A DNA stretch of 64,000 bases from Takakia lepidozioides (taxonomy: Eukaryota; Plantae; Bryophyta): contig CM060732.1 in assembly GCA_030704615.1 (NCBI GenBank), forward strand, positions 29,016,001 through 29,080,000, read 5' to 3'. Below, piece after piece: positions 1-13,000 of this stretch; position 1 is the first letter of the stretch, and every line of letters starts with the position of its first letter. A model generated the notes under the pieces. The model was not told where the DNA came from. It worked only from the letters and a program-made list of their open reading frames with translations, and made no database searches. Both the position numbers and the translations under genes were made by a program.

Positions 1-7
1 CCAGTGG

Positions 8-2024
8 GTGACAATGGTTGCACATGTCTACGAAACCCACTACAGGATGCTAATGACAATTGTTATTTGTGAGATGAAAGAAGAGGACACACAATCGGAG
101 ATGCTTCTTTGGCAGAGAATAAACGAACAGATGGCCAGGGCGGGATTGCCCCCTCCCAATTTCCGTGGTTTCATGGCGGACAACGCACAAGCAAATTGGG
201 CTACCATCCGAAGGGTGTACAGGGAAGACCCCAATGTTCCGATGGAAGGCAATGAGAGATCTTGTGGGTTCCATTTTCTGCAGAGCTTGTCGCAGTACAC
301 AACCCGGCCCGTGGCGCCAGATTTCAGAGAGGAGCACCGCTCTATGTGTCTTGCGTGGAAGCGTGCTCCCACCTTGGATGATGCAAGACACAGTTTGCAT
401 GTATACGGGCTTGGTGGACAACGTTAGGTGCTGTAAATAAATCAGACGAGGGAGCAATGGTCAGTTGGCTAGCATGGTGACATTATCGTTTCCTCCAGTT
501 CGGCGACTATATGCGGGAGGTGAGTTGGACGAATTCGCGTCCCGTTGAATATTATGCTACTCATTATTTGCAACTTGCTTATAACCTCAACATGTGCATG
601 TGCAGGAAAGGTATCTCGACTCCGACACCGACATGCCGACAACAAACATGGCCGAATCAGTGCATTCTTCCTGGCGTGCCTTCTCTGCGGCACATCTGGT
701 GGACATCCTCACTGCCACAACGGAGGACATTGTGAGGTCAACTATGCAGCAATGCAAGTACAACGAGTTCTTGAAAGGGAAACAGTGGGGCTTGGGGCCG
801 GACAGGCAGGAAATGCTGATGCGGACTGCCTCCAAATCGAAGAATCCTCGCAAGTGGGCGGCAGCCTTGCGAGAAGGCCTTCAGGACACGCCATTGCTTC
901 GAAGAGGCCAACACTTGGAAGGAGATGTTCACACCTGTCCAGTGAAACAAAGACTTGACGAGGCACCTGACGGAGAAGAGGATTCATGGCGAGCTGACAA
1001 GAATATTCGCACGCTCCCTCGTGGTCCCGTGATGTTGCCCGAGGAGGTCTCGTCGAGCACCGCAAGTCCTGCACGTTCAAGATCGCCATCTCCTTTGAGC
1101 ACAGGGCACGTGCCCGAGGAACAAAATGAGCCATCTGTAGTAACGCAGTACAACATACCAATTGTGGAGACAAGAGTGTCGGAGTCACAGTGGAGAATTG
1201 CAAAGACATTGTCGGCATTTCGAGGGAAGTGCTGCGCCATCCGGGTGGATACCAGAGCACGGTGTGGTGAGATGATTCGGAGGAACCCACACGGAGCTGT
1301 ACCTGTACCTTGTTTCAGCGGCAAATTTTTGACTCCCACATTCTCTCACGCCACAACGCAGACGTTTTGGTTATGTAGGCATGACATAATGACCTGTGTA
1401 TTTGGCAAGCCCAAGTACGGGATTCAGGGAATGCCGGAGCCTCCGGGCGTCTGGCCTGTTGCACCGGGTTGCAACCTCTCTCAGAATGAGGCGGATGCTC
1501 TTTCTGCAGCAGGATTTCAAATGGTGCAACGCACAGACGTCCCGGCCCACTCGTTTCCAGTTCCTCAGACCCAACCATTGCAGACTGTTCAGTCCAGTAG
1601 AGACGGATTGGACAATTCTGCACATCCCACAATGCGATTCGGAAGAGTGAAGAGACGACACCCTCCCAACAAGTTGAATGAGACTCGGATTGCCAATGCT
1701 CTTGGGATGACTTGCACTATTCAGAGCTCCGTGGACGTACCCCCACCCGGCCTTGGGCGTGTTTATCGGATGGCAATGGCCGGCTCAGCTGTACGCGACG
1801 ACGTATACACAATTACGATTGGAGTGGAGCCGACTTGCAATTGTACGGACTTCTCGTTGATGGAAGCAAATAAGGGGTCAAAGTATTATCCGTGCAAGCA
1901 TCTGTATTACATTTACCTGAAGAGGTTGAGGATGAACTTGACTATTGATGACTTTATTCATGCACTAGCGTTGAGCGTGAACGAGCTGCACAAACTCCTC
2001 CGCCGGGATTCCATAAATCATTGA
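8..2024 (+). mobile_element. Mutator-like (MULE) transposase gene with C-terminal SWIM zinc finger, 5'-incomplete, damaged
   Basis: MULE-type segments GFMADNAQAN, ERSCGFHFLQSL (CxxH) and TTNMAESVHSSW (catalytic E). SWIM finger CNCTDF...PCKHLYY. Predicted phase-0 GT-AG intron 520-605 (GAG|gtgagt...tgcag|GAA). Frameshift near 395 and a TGA near 478. Confidence 0.8.
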
Positions 2025-2289
2025 TGGGGCAAAGGGAATCCACCATATGGATATTTGCAATTGCATTTTGATGCATTAGACTTTGTTTTGCAGTGTAATG
2101 AAATGCACCCCAAAACTCCTGGAATGAGACAGACAATATTAAAGTGATGTCCTTTCAACACTATGGACTGCTGGATATCCGTTGACGTCCAGTGGCAATT
2201 CAATGTCGAAACAGAATCAATACAAAGATGGCATCAGGAAAAATTTGCAAATCTTCCAGAAAACTGAGTTCCAACAGTTGCAGTTGTGG

Positions 2290-2830
2290 GGGCCATTTCT
2301 GGAAAAATGGCGCCGAATTTCCCTATTTTGGGCCGAAAACTGGCTAAGTCCCAACATGTACGGGAACGATGTCTGAACAAATGGCGTCGAATTTCCAGTT
2401 ACATGGCCCAGAACTGCCCCGGCACCATGTACCGAAATTTGGCGCCACATTTGGGCTTACACTTGAATCAGGTTGGGACCTATAACCGTGAAATTCGGCA
2501 CCATTTTTTGGCGGAGACACCTATTACCGCGCAATACGTCGCCGATTTCTCCGCTTGCGAAACCTATTGCCGCGAAATTCGGCGCCACTTTTGCAAATGT
2601 CGCTCGGAATTCGCATGAGCGGAAGACAAAATATCATGAGCACGGCTCTCAAAACTACAATTTCTACTTCAAACAATGAATATTATATTGGATTTTTTTT
2701 TTTGACACATTCTATTAAAATAATATTTTTTATATTTTTTATTTCCAAAATTTGTACTTCTGCTCATGAAAACCGATTGTCTTACTACTCCGCTCATGCT
2801 GCTCATGCTCATGAAATAGCTAACCTCCCT
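2290..2830. repeat. Subterminal repeats and probable right terminus of the first MULE
   Basis: Repeated GGCGCC/GAAATT motifs at 2290-2610, then GCTCATG repeats ending GAAATAGCTAACCTCCCT. A similar end (GCTCATGGAATAGCAACCCCCC) occurs at ~14660-14680. Confidence 0.5.
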
Positions 2831-2933
2831 GAGTTGCTTAAAAGGTATCCGCTGTGGTGTAGTAACAGCAACACCAATTGAGGGTGAAACAAGCAGTTAC
2901 CCACCACATTTCTATGAGGAAAGAGAGGGGGAA

Positions 2934-4600
2934 ATGGAAATCCTAGAAGAACCAGCCACTGTGAGTTTACAGGATGAAGTAGTGACTGGATGGACAATTG
3001 CAGCTGATGAGCAAGTGAGAGGAGTGAATGTGGGAACGAAGGAGGAACCAAGAATGGTGAAAGTGGGAGCTGACTTGGAGCCAGAATTCTTTGAGGAAGC
3101 TAAGAGTCTGTTCATCAAATACAGAGATGTATTTGCTTGGAGCTATGAGGATCTAAAAGGGATACCACCTGAGATCTGTCAGCATAAGATTGAACTGGAA
3201 CCAGGGTCAGTACCAATTAAACAGGCAAGGTACATGATGAATCCTAACTGTGCACAGAAGGTTGGGGAAGAGATCAAGAAGTTGGCTAAGGCTAAGTTTA
3301 TATACCCGATAGAGTATACAACTTGGCTGTCACCCATTGTGATAGTTCCCAAAAAGAATGGTAAATTAAGAGTTTGTGTGAACTATAAGAAGTTGAATGC
3401 TTGTACAAAGAAAGATCTCTTTCCCTTGCCATTTACAGAAGCTGTACTGGACACCGTGGCAGGCCATGAGATGTACTCATTCATGGATGGCTTCAGTGGG
3501 TATAACCAAGTGCAAGTGGCAGAGGAAGACCAGGGAAAGTTAGCTTTCATCACAGACTGGGGTGCTTATGCATATAAAATCATGTCTTTTGGACTTTGTA
3601 ATGCACCAGCAACTTTTCAAAGAGTGATAAGTGAATCATTCCAGGAGTATCTGGATGATTTTATGCAAGTGTTTTTAGATGACTTTAGTGTGTACAGCTC
3701 TAAGAATGAGCACTTGCATAAGCTGGAGTTATGTTTTGGCTAGATGCAGGATGAGAGGTCTCGGCCTGAATCCAGAGAAGTGTACTTTCTGTGTGAACTC
3801 AGGGGTAATTCTGGGACACGTTGTGTGTAAAAGGGGCCTGCTTGTGGATCCCAGAAAGACAGAGGTCATTAAAACCTCTCCACCACCAGGAAATGTTAAG
3901 AGTCTAAGGAGATTCCTTGGACAAACTAGCTACTACAGAAGGTTTGTCAGACGGTATGCACAGATAGCAGCACCATTGAGCAAGCTTTTGAAAAAGGATG
4001 CAGTGTTTGCATGGACAGATGAATGTCAATGGGCATTTGAGGAACTTACATTGTCAGTAACAACTACACATGTGCTGATTAATCCACATTGGCATGTAGT
4101 ATTTCATGTACACTGTGATGCCTAAGGAGAAGCATTGGGAGCAGTGTTAGCCCAAAATGTCACAGGAAACATAGATTCACCTGTGTACTATGCTAGCAGG
4201 TTGTTGAACAGTGCTGAAAGGAACTATAGCACAACTGAAAGAGAAGCATTGGCAATGATTTATGCAGTCAAGAAATTCATGCATTACTTGTTGGGACGGA
4301 AGTTTATGTTTTATGTGGATCATTAGGCTTTGATTTATCTGGTGAATAAGCCTTTGATAAGTGGCAGGATAGCGAGATGGTTAATAATCTTGCATGAGTT
4401 TGAGTTCGAAGTTGTTTACAAGCCTGGCCGTTTGCATCTTGTGGCAGATCACTTGTCACGCCTATCAACAGGAGAGCCCGCCACGGGAGTAGACGACCAA
4501 TTACCTGATGCGAGTCTATTTGCAATGGAGGTGCAGGGAAGTGCAGATGATTGGTTAGATTGGCAGTGGCCAATCAGATACTATCTTACTCATGGTCAGT
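2934..4600 (+). mobile_element. Ty3/gypsy pol fragment (RT, RNase H, start of integrase region), degenerate
   Basis: RT motifs WLSPIVIVPKKNGKLRVCVNY, FMDGFSGYNQV and VFLDDFSVY. RNase H HCDA...YYASRLLNSAERNYSTTERE...YVDH. One frameshift (~3740) and stops at 4125 and 4326. Confidence 0.93.
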
Positions 4601-4625
4601 GCTGTTGCAGAAGTGTAGGATGGTT

Positions 4626-4970
4626 GGGTATAACGGCGCCGTAAATGGGCACAAGAAAAGAAATAGCCAGCTGAAGGCTCGGGAGTGAAGCCAATAATGG
4701 TGCCGAAATTGGGCTCCGCCAACCAAATACCCGGCTGAAGCCTCCGGAGTGTAGCCAATAACGGCGCTGAAATTGGGGTCCGGAAACCAAATACCCGGCT
4801 GAATGCTCGGGAGTGCAACCAATAACGGCGCCGAAAATTGGGCTCCGGAAACCAAATTCTTGGCTGAAGCTTCCGCAGTCCATCCAATAACGACGCCGAA
4901 ATTGGGCTCCGGAGAGCAAATACCCGGCTTACGGTGACGGAGTTTTACCAATAACGGCGCCGAAATTGAG
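4626..4970. repeat. ~60-bp tandem subterminal repeat array (about 6 copies)
   Basis: Unit AATAACGGCGCCGAAATTGGGCTCCGGAAACCAAATACCCGGCTGAAG... is repeated and shares the GGCGCCGAAATT core with the arrays at 2.3-2.6 kb and 9.4-10 kb. Confidence 0.8.
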
Positions 4971-5169
4971 GATAGGGCCGACAAGTGCCAGATGCAAACT
5001 GTCCTGAAACTGGTGCGGATTTGTCTAATAAAAGCACACATGTCGGAGGAAATTCAAGTTCTGCCGCATACGACATTGGCAATGCAACAATGATATATCC
5101 CTCTTCCGCCGGCCTCGCTCTCATTTTGCTCTTCACTCTTCTCTTCTGTGCCCATCTCCTCCTTGCTCT

Positions 5170-5973
5170 GTGTTCTTGCTATGTCGTGAGGCCATGTCAT
5201 GCCCGAATCACATCTATCGACGCCAGATGGGACTCATTGTCCCGAAAGCAGACGACATCATTGTCTTCCTAGATGTTTACAGGGACGATCCTCGACTTGT
5301 CCAGGTGAGAGCAATGGAGTTTCTTCCAGGATTGCACGATTCTCCTGGACCCCGACTGGGGAGCAAGTGGTTCCTGCGCATGATGGACCTGGACTTTCCG
5401 CTTGACTGAAAACCGAACAGATCACGCACAACGTTGCTGTATCGCTGGAACTGTTGCGAGTGGACGTATGATGAGTGCATAGGTGAAAACTTCACGCGTG
5501 GACGGACTGGCTCGGAAAGTGGGGACATTCTCTTCAGTTATGAGGATGAGGAGGAGGGGAACACAGGGCCCACTGTGAAAATGTCCTTCCACAAAGGGGG
5601 CGCTATCGATAAACATGACATCCTCGTTAGTTTCAACCGGGCGACAAAAACCGCTGACATTTTGTTCAAATATCGGCACCCGGTCACTCAGGAGGTCCTT
5701 GAGAGGCCAGTTCGAGTTCCTTCTTCTTGGGCGAGGGGACCATAGGTCTTGCATGCTAGAGTAGACATGTTTCGACTCGCGGACACTCATGGCACATACA
5801 TTTTGCTTCAGAAATCAAGTAGCTTCCCTGTGCCATATGGGGAATATACATGCTTGGATAATCTTCTGTTAAGGTTTTTTGCAATTCACTTCCAGTATGC
5901 TGGGACGTGTCCTTTGTCGTATGGATTGCTGTGTGCACAAGGTGCAGTATGCGAATGCTGGAATGTGCAGTAG
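5170..5973 (+). pseudogene. Unknown ~265-aa reading frame (ORF-X) broken by two stops, MULE-associated
   Basis: ORFs 5170-5409, 5434-5745 and 5749-5973 are in one frame, separated only by TGA and TAG. A homologous segment lies at 31813-31960. Confidence 0.55.
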
Positions 5974-6405
5974 GACCCTTCCCACTGGGACACGGAACTT
6001 GCAATCTTGTAAAGGCATCACATTTGCAGAACAGTGTCAATGTAGCAAATCGGAGTCTTCTCATAAAGGTGGTCAGGATGGGCTACGAAATCACCACAAA
6101 ATGAATGAAGAACAGTAACAAGGAAGCACTATGCAGTATGCAGACCAATAACGACGCTGAAATAGGCCACAATGCCCGTGTATCTCCACACAATGTATGT
6201 TTTCCTCGGATCCATTAATAGACATAACCAAAATAAAAAATGTCATTCACGGCCAAAAACCACATTCTCATGTATTGTGGCACCAAAATGCACCTGAAGC
6301 CATGGCGGTACGACACCACCAAGTGTATAATTCCTCACAAAAAAATAGGGTGCAAGAAGATGAATGTAATATAATTGCCACTTTCTCCTTCCCGAATGTG
6401 GAATG

Positions 6406-9322
6406 TCAAGCAGTCCGACCTGTATCATGCCGTAGGGCCTTGTGAAGCTCGTTGAAGCTCAGTGTTGGAGCATGGATGAAGATGTCCACTGCGGATATGC
6501 AACTCATGCGCTTCAGAAAAATGTAATAAAGGTGTTTGCAGGGGACGTATGCTGCATTCTTGGATTCCATAACAAGGAAGTCCTCACAGTTGCAGGCTGG
6601 GTACTGAGAAACCGTGATTGCATACACGACACTGCGCGCAGCAGATCCGGCTGTTGACAACTGAAATATGCGCCCCATCCCAGGGTGAGGAACATCCCTG
6701 CAACCTTGCACTATGCAGGGCATTGCAAGAGCGTTGGCCATCCTGGTGTCGTTTGCCTTTATTGGTGGCCGCCGTCTTTTCAGTTTCCCCCACCGACGGG
6801 TGGGCCAAGCTGCGGGGTCACCCACCGGTATGCGGGGTGAAAAGCTTCTCGTGGGAGGAGGATGACGACTGGGAATTGGATTTCGTGGAACGTCTGTCCT
6901 CTCCACCAGTCAAAACCCTGCACATCCTAGAGCGTCTGCCTCCTCCAGGGTAAGATCTGTACCAGTTGCCACAGGCCAGACTGCTGGTGGTTCACGCATG
7001 CCTTGTACACCATACTTTGGGCTTGCAGAACACACACTGCCTGCAGAACCAGAACTCCTTCAGTGTGGCCTCCACAAACTTTGCGCACAGAAATCTCCCT
7101 GTGAAGCAAGAGGCAGGCACACCGCCCTGCGGGCTCCTCCGAATCAACTCATTGCATCTCTGGTTGGTGTCGACACGAACAGCACAACATTTGCCACGAA
7201 ATGACGGACGGGTCCGTGCAATTCTCCACTGCGAGGCCGACACATCTCGCTCCACGATTGGAATGTTGTATTGGGTAACGATAATATGAGCAACATACTC
7301 ATCCTCGGGATGCTGTCCCGAGTCTGGCAGCGATTCCATGGAAGCTGCAGGAAAGGGGGTACGAGTCCTGCTGGGAGGAGGCATGGGATGCAACATCGTT
7401 GCGCCCCGAGGTTGAGTGCGGATGTTCATATCTGATCTCCATGAATCGCCGTCGCCTCTGGGCATGTCCTTTATTCTTCTCTTCACCGGCCGGCTGCGGA
7501 CATTGCCCTCGAGGCAGTTCCCCCGACTGTGTAATGGCGCAATCGTGGTTGGTAATTCGCCTGATGTGGTCAAACATGACCCTACAATTTGAGAGGCCTC
7601 CACTGGTCATCCACCAAATCGACACCGCTCCCCGGTCCGCACGTTGACATCTTAAATATGAAACACATGTCCGTCTCTGAGCCTTGATCATGAAAAAAGC
7701 TGCCCTGGATGAAGTCGTAGCCGCATGTGCGCTTCACTTCCAAGATGGAGTGCATGTCTGATCCTCTTCCGATTCGTTTTTTGCAGCCGACAATGTGGTT
7801 CCTGACATTGGGGCTGCACACATGGGAGATAGCTTCCAGCAGCTCTTTCATGTCCCCCTCGCCCAGCTTCTCTCTTGTGCTTCTGTCCTCCGACATTATT
7901 CTGCCTATTGCAATTCTATGTGCGGATGCAAGCTGTATCTGCTTTGGTTTTGCTCCCGGCCTCAACCTCACCTCCTCCTTGATAATATCGTGGGCTTGTT
8001 GAAAAGCGACTCTACAATTGCCTCTGGCGACGGGGTGGTCATGCTTTCCGATGTGAATGCATGCTCTGGTGCAAGCTCGGCCGACGGTCCCGAAGTAGTA
8101 TTGCTTGGCATTGCACACTGCCATGCACGTAGGGGTTGCATTGCGATGGGCACACTTGAAAGTCCCTGCATGAACTCTAACTTGAGGCCAAAATGGGGTC
8201 GACGAATTGCCAATCCAGTCTGTCTCATTCTGGGTGTCTTTGCTCGTGTAGTGGTAACATGTGCTCGAGAAACATTTAAGATTTCCAGCATACAATACAT
8301 ATCTGACTCGAACTCCATCACCCAGATTGGACGATGAAGTTTTGGTGACACACCATGGGTGGCTGTCATGTTTCCTGTTCATTCCTGCCAGCATGCCGTC
8401 TGGGCCTGCGCCTGGCGGTACTGGAGGGAACTCGTAGATAGCATTCCCATCCACAACTTTAGGCAAAGTTTCCACAGAATGGATTGGAGTTTTGTTGTAA
8501 TCAAGCCTAAGAAGGTCACTGGAGCGGGAACCCGTTGTCTTTATCCTCCGAGCGGACGGAAGTTGAGTCCGAGGGTGTGTGCTCATTGTCTGCCGAGATC
8601 TACACACTCCTATTGACAGACGACTTCGAAACATATGATGGAAGGACCATACAGTCTTCATCGTCACTGGATAAGTTGTGGACGACTATTTCCCTGGGAA
8701 GTGCACCCACCGACGAGGTATGGAGCGGCAAATCCTCGATTTCCCTTTTCACATGTTTGGGCTTCTCTGCTTGTGAAGAGGTGCCCACATCCCTCATGGA
8801 TGACTTCACATATTGCATGCCAGACCCTCTTGTGGAAGGAGGATCAACCAAGTTCCAGCGTGGGAACTCTTTAGGCACGATTTCACCAATTGCACTGTAC
8901 CGGATGGATTCAGAAGCTGGGAGCCGCCACTCTTTGCCCTTTCCAAAATCTGCATGCAGAATGACGGCACTTTCCAGAAAATTCCTATAAGCATCATTCG
9001 TCTCCTCTTCCAAAAACACCGTACCCGGGCGGAGCCCGAACTTCACATACAAGTACTGCTCAGTGACAATCGCAAATCCTTGGTCGCAGGGTATTTTAGC
9101 TTTCAGAGAATCAGGATGGAAGTACAAGTTCACCCAAACATGGGAGTCCATGTTGAAGACAACAACTCTCAGTAGGCTCCGCACCGAAGTCCTGCAATGA
9201 GAAGAGTGTGTCCTACATAATACCACAATCATTTTCTGGAGGATTCTGTATCCAACAGGATGGGTGACCAGTGCACGTGTGGATGAAGGTGTGTAACGTA
9301 CGTGACAAATACGGACGACCAC
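6406..9322 (-). mobile_element. Second MULE/SWIM transposase-like gene, internally deleted (DDE core missing)
   Basis: Homologous to 594-2024: VTQYNIPIVE..SQWRIA..FRGKCCA.RVDT and SWIM CNCEDF...PCKHLYYIFLKRM. The Cys/His-rich N-terminal region (7582-8667) jumps near 7600 directly to the post-catalytic region. Confidence 0.75.
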
Positions 9323-9394
9323 AACAAATTCACATCGGAAATTGGGTGCCTGAATTGCGATGTACCACCAGTTGGGTTACAATAAATCAGGCCT

Positions 9395-10050
9395 TCTCAT
9401 AAATTTCGGCACCGAAATCCGGATGAACATCTCTATACTGTAACAGATATGGAAGCCACGGGATGAATTCCGGCGACAGAATTCGGAATTAGTTCACCTC
9501 ATGAAACTGAGCTAGCACCCAACGGATGGATTTCGGTGCCGAAATTCGGATGAACATGTTCTCCATGAAATTGTTTCTGCACATAAGGATGAATTTTGGC
9601 GCCGAAATACGGATGAATGTGTTCGTCATTAGAGTGATGTTTCACCACGTGTACGGATTTCGGTGCCAAAATCCGGATGACAGTAACCCTGAATGGACAG
9701 TAAGGATGAATTTCGGCACCGAAATTCATCGTTCGCATGGAAAAAATATTATTGGAGGGAGGAGGGTGGATGAATTTCGTTGCACTACCATGATACACTA
9801 GATGTAGGTCATGACTGATTGTTCTGAACGGGCCGAGTGCTTAGAGATATCCAACTCTTCTATCTTGGAGTTCCCTCCTCGGATAGCGAAGGGATGAGTG
9901 AGTAAAAGCCGTTCGACACATCGCTCGCAAAGAAAAATAAATATTGGAGGGAGGACTTTGGATGAATTTTGGCGCCGAAATTCCGCGCTCGCAAGGGAAA
10001 AAAATAATGGAGGGAAGACTTCGGATTAATTTCGGTGCCGAAATTCATTG
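9395..10050. repeat. Array of palindromic ATTT(C/T)GG(C/T)(G/A)CCGAAAT motifs upstream of the MULE gene
   Basis: About 7 copies, e.g. GATGAATTTCGGCACCGAAATTCATC near 9705, a near-perfect 26-bp palindrome. Confidence 0.75.
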
Positions 10051-13000
10051 GCATGACAACAAAAGACTTTCGAAAAAGCATCCACCAAGTCCTGTGTGGC
10101 ACCCCTGATAGCTTGCTCCTCCTTGCCGCAGTCAGATTATTGGCTTCCTTCCAAGCCTTGGTAGTCACAAAAAGCTCATTCTTTCGTGACGTGAGTGTTT
10201 GGTGCAATTCCAGGATGTATATGTCATTCTCAGCCTCATTTCGACTGTACTGTTGAAATGTATCCTCATTGTGACAAATAGTAGCCTACAAGTCAGCAAT
10301 GAGTTTCCCTTGTTCCACTGTTTCAGCCTCCACCATCATACATCTCTCTGCTTGCTTATTAACTTCTAATGTGGTTTGCTGCAGAGCAGTTGTTAGTGTG
10401 ACACATTGGATGGTCATTTTCTGATGAACTGCCTCCAACTCTATATGAAGCAACTTTACTTCTTGTAACTCGCCCTTATGCTTCCCTTGCAACTGGTGTA
10501 ACTGGTGCTTGTGCACTTCATGCAACTTTTCGTGCTCCAGGCCTGCTTCAATCAGGTTTTGCTTTGCAAGCTGTAGGGCAGCCTTCGTGTCCTCCAACTC
10601 TTTCTGCAAGTTGAGGTTGGCCTCCACATCTACCTTGCTTGCACACTCAGTGGCAATTCTAGCCTCAAACTCTTGCTTGAGTTCCTCCCTCAAAGCTGCC
10701 AACTGAGTGGAAGGAACATGAGATTTTACATAGTGCCCAACAAATTGAGTGTCCTGCTTATAGAGCTCATAAGCATGGCCTGCTGTGGGTCTTCATGGTG
10801 AACTTGCTGCTGCTCTCCCTGATCCTCCACAGTTTGATGTTTCAAACCAATCAAGCCATGATCCCACAAGATCTTGTTCCTGAGCTACCTGATCCTCCAC
10901 AGGTGGTGCAGTGCCCTTGCACTCTACCCCTTGAACCTCCTCCACAGGCTTGGATGCAACTTGCACAACAAGAATTTTATTAGTCAGATTCTGCATCTTT
11001 GGTGCTACTGGCTCTCCAACCATGCCATAGTTTTCATAGAGAAGGTCACCTTTCTCAATTTGTGCCACTACCTGCTCTGTAGTGGGGATGTCCAACCCTT
11101 CTCCTTCCACAGCAATAGGCTCTGGTGTGACAGCGTGCACAATGTGAGTTACCCCTGGAGTAACCAAGTCAATTGGCTGTGGTGGCTGTGGTAGTGAGGT
11201 GACTCCTTCCTCCCTCACCAAAGGTTGTGCTTCTAACAATAATAGCCCCTTGTGCTGCTGCTCCTCATCCTGCACCAGAGCTATGGAAACATCATCTTGT
11301 GGTTTTCTTGCGGCTAGTGGGTCTGCCACTACCGTCACATCTCGCTTCTGCCTCTTGGACTAGTGTTGACCTTCCAATCCCCCTTCACCTTGTGAAGAGC
11401 CCTGCTCCTCAATTGCAGTCGTGGCTGTCTCAAACATTCTCATCTCCTTGCGTTCTCGCGCATCAAGCAAACAAGAGTCCAGGATAATTTGCGCAATTAC
11501 TGGGCTAGACACAATGATTGAAGACTTAGCAGCAGTGCCTCGTAACTGCTTCATGTCTTCCACCAGAGCATTGTACATTAACTCCGCCCAAGCCACATCT
11601 TCTCCCCTCAAGGCTTTCAGTATCTCCTCCGTGAATGATCTGCTAAGGTATTGTTGGTTCTGTTTCATGGCAAACAGAACGTTCAGTACTTGGCCAACTT
11701 CTTTTAGCCCTGGGTACTCGGCCTTGGTGCAGGTGTATCCCTAAGTCTTAAAGAAACTCGTTTCTTGGAACAAATTCCCAATTTGCAATCTTGCCATGTG
11801 CTCATCCACATTCACACGGTCTGATGGCAATTCAAACAATTGCTGCAAGTATTGGGGAGTAATCACTATATCTACTCCCCTCACCTTTGTAACTCATGTC
11901 TGAGGTTCAAAGTTCTGAATGAATTGCAGCATGAACCCCCGATGATGCAAGGTCCATTCCTTGCATAGCAGCCATTCCAACTGCAGCTCCTTCAGCAGCT
12001 GCATTGCCTGTGGTGTAGCAATTGTCTGATTCTGCAGAATCGTGGTGCTCTTCACCCTGATATCCTCCATTCCCCTAATTCTCTTCATCCCAGACAAACA
12101 AGAAGGCCTTGTCTGGAATAGCTGTAGGAAAACTTGCAAGACGTAGAGCATAAAGGTATGGTTGGCACAGAAAGGAACGGGTAAGTGCGTGTAAGCCTGT
12201 GGGGCTTGCAAGTGTTGAGTGAGAGAGAATGTACTCTCAACCTGTCCGTCCTTGCGCCACTGCGTAAGAAGTAAATGGAGCGTATAATCTGTGATATCTG
12301 CCATAGCTACAAAACTATAGCTTTGATTGCCCCTTCCATCGAGACGCTGGCTATTCGGAGCAACCCCGACTCTTCCGCTCATAACTTTTCTAAATTCTTG
12401 TTCTTGTTTCTTGGAGGGAACCACTGCACGAAATTCACGTCCCTGGTTGGTTGTTGCCTCTTCAGGTAACTTTTCAATTTTTCCACCATCTTCTCACATT
12501 CCCACTTGGAATGCCCACTAGGACAGCACATGTGGCAAAGGTTCCCCTTTGCCGGACTCATGAAGGGTTGCGTTACCTGTCCCTTGGATGCATTAATGGG
12601 CCCGCAATTAGTTTCGGCTGCTGTACTGGGTAAATACTTTGACGGCCTTGTTTGTCTTCTTGTATGATGGTACCCGCTACCGCGGTACATGCAATACAGA
12701 GCGCTTCGCCCCTTAGGCTACGTGTCTGCATTCAAACAGTCTTCCGTCTCCTTCTGTCCGCATGGCTTTTTCTCCGCGTTTGACTTCCACACCGCCTTCA
12801 CTTACCGGCCACGTTTCTGATGTTAACCCACATCCACATGTCACTGATCCTATGGACTGTGCAACCTGTGTGGGCTGCGTTGGGCTGTGACAAGCTGTAT
12901 CAAACTGTGACGAGTTGTGATAGGCTGTGTCACACTGTGGTGGGCTGTGATAAACTGTGTGACACTGTGGTGGGCTGTGATAAGCTATGTCACACCATGG

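Noticed and set aside
4626-4970. Regularly spaced repeats resembling a CRISPR array
   Set aside because: The whole unit repeats with no unique spacers, there are no cas genes, and the context is eukaryotic transposon sequence.
5407-5745. Stop-codon readthrough or U-to-C editing restoring ORF-X
   Set aside because: U-to-C editing is organellar, and mutational decay is the simpler explanation for nuclear TE sequence.
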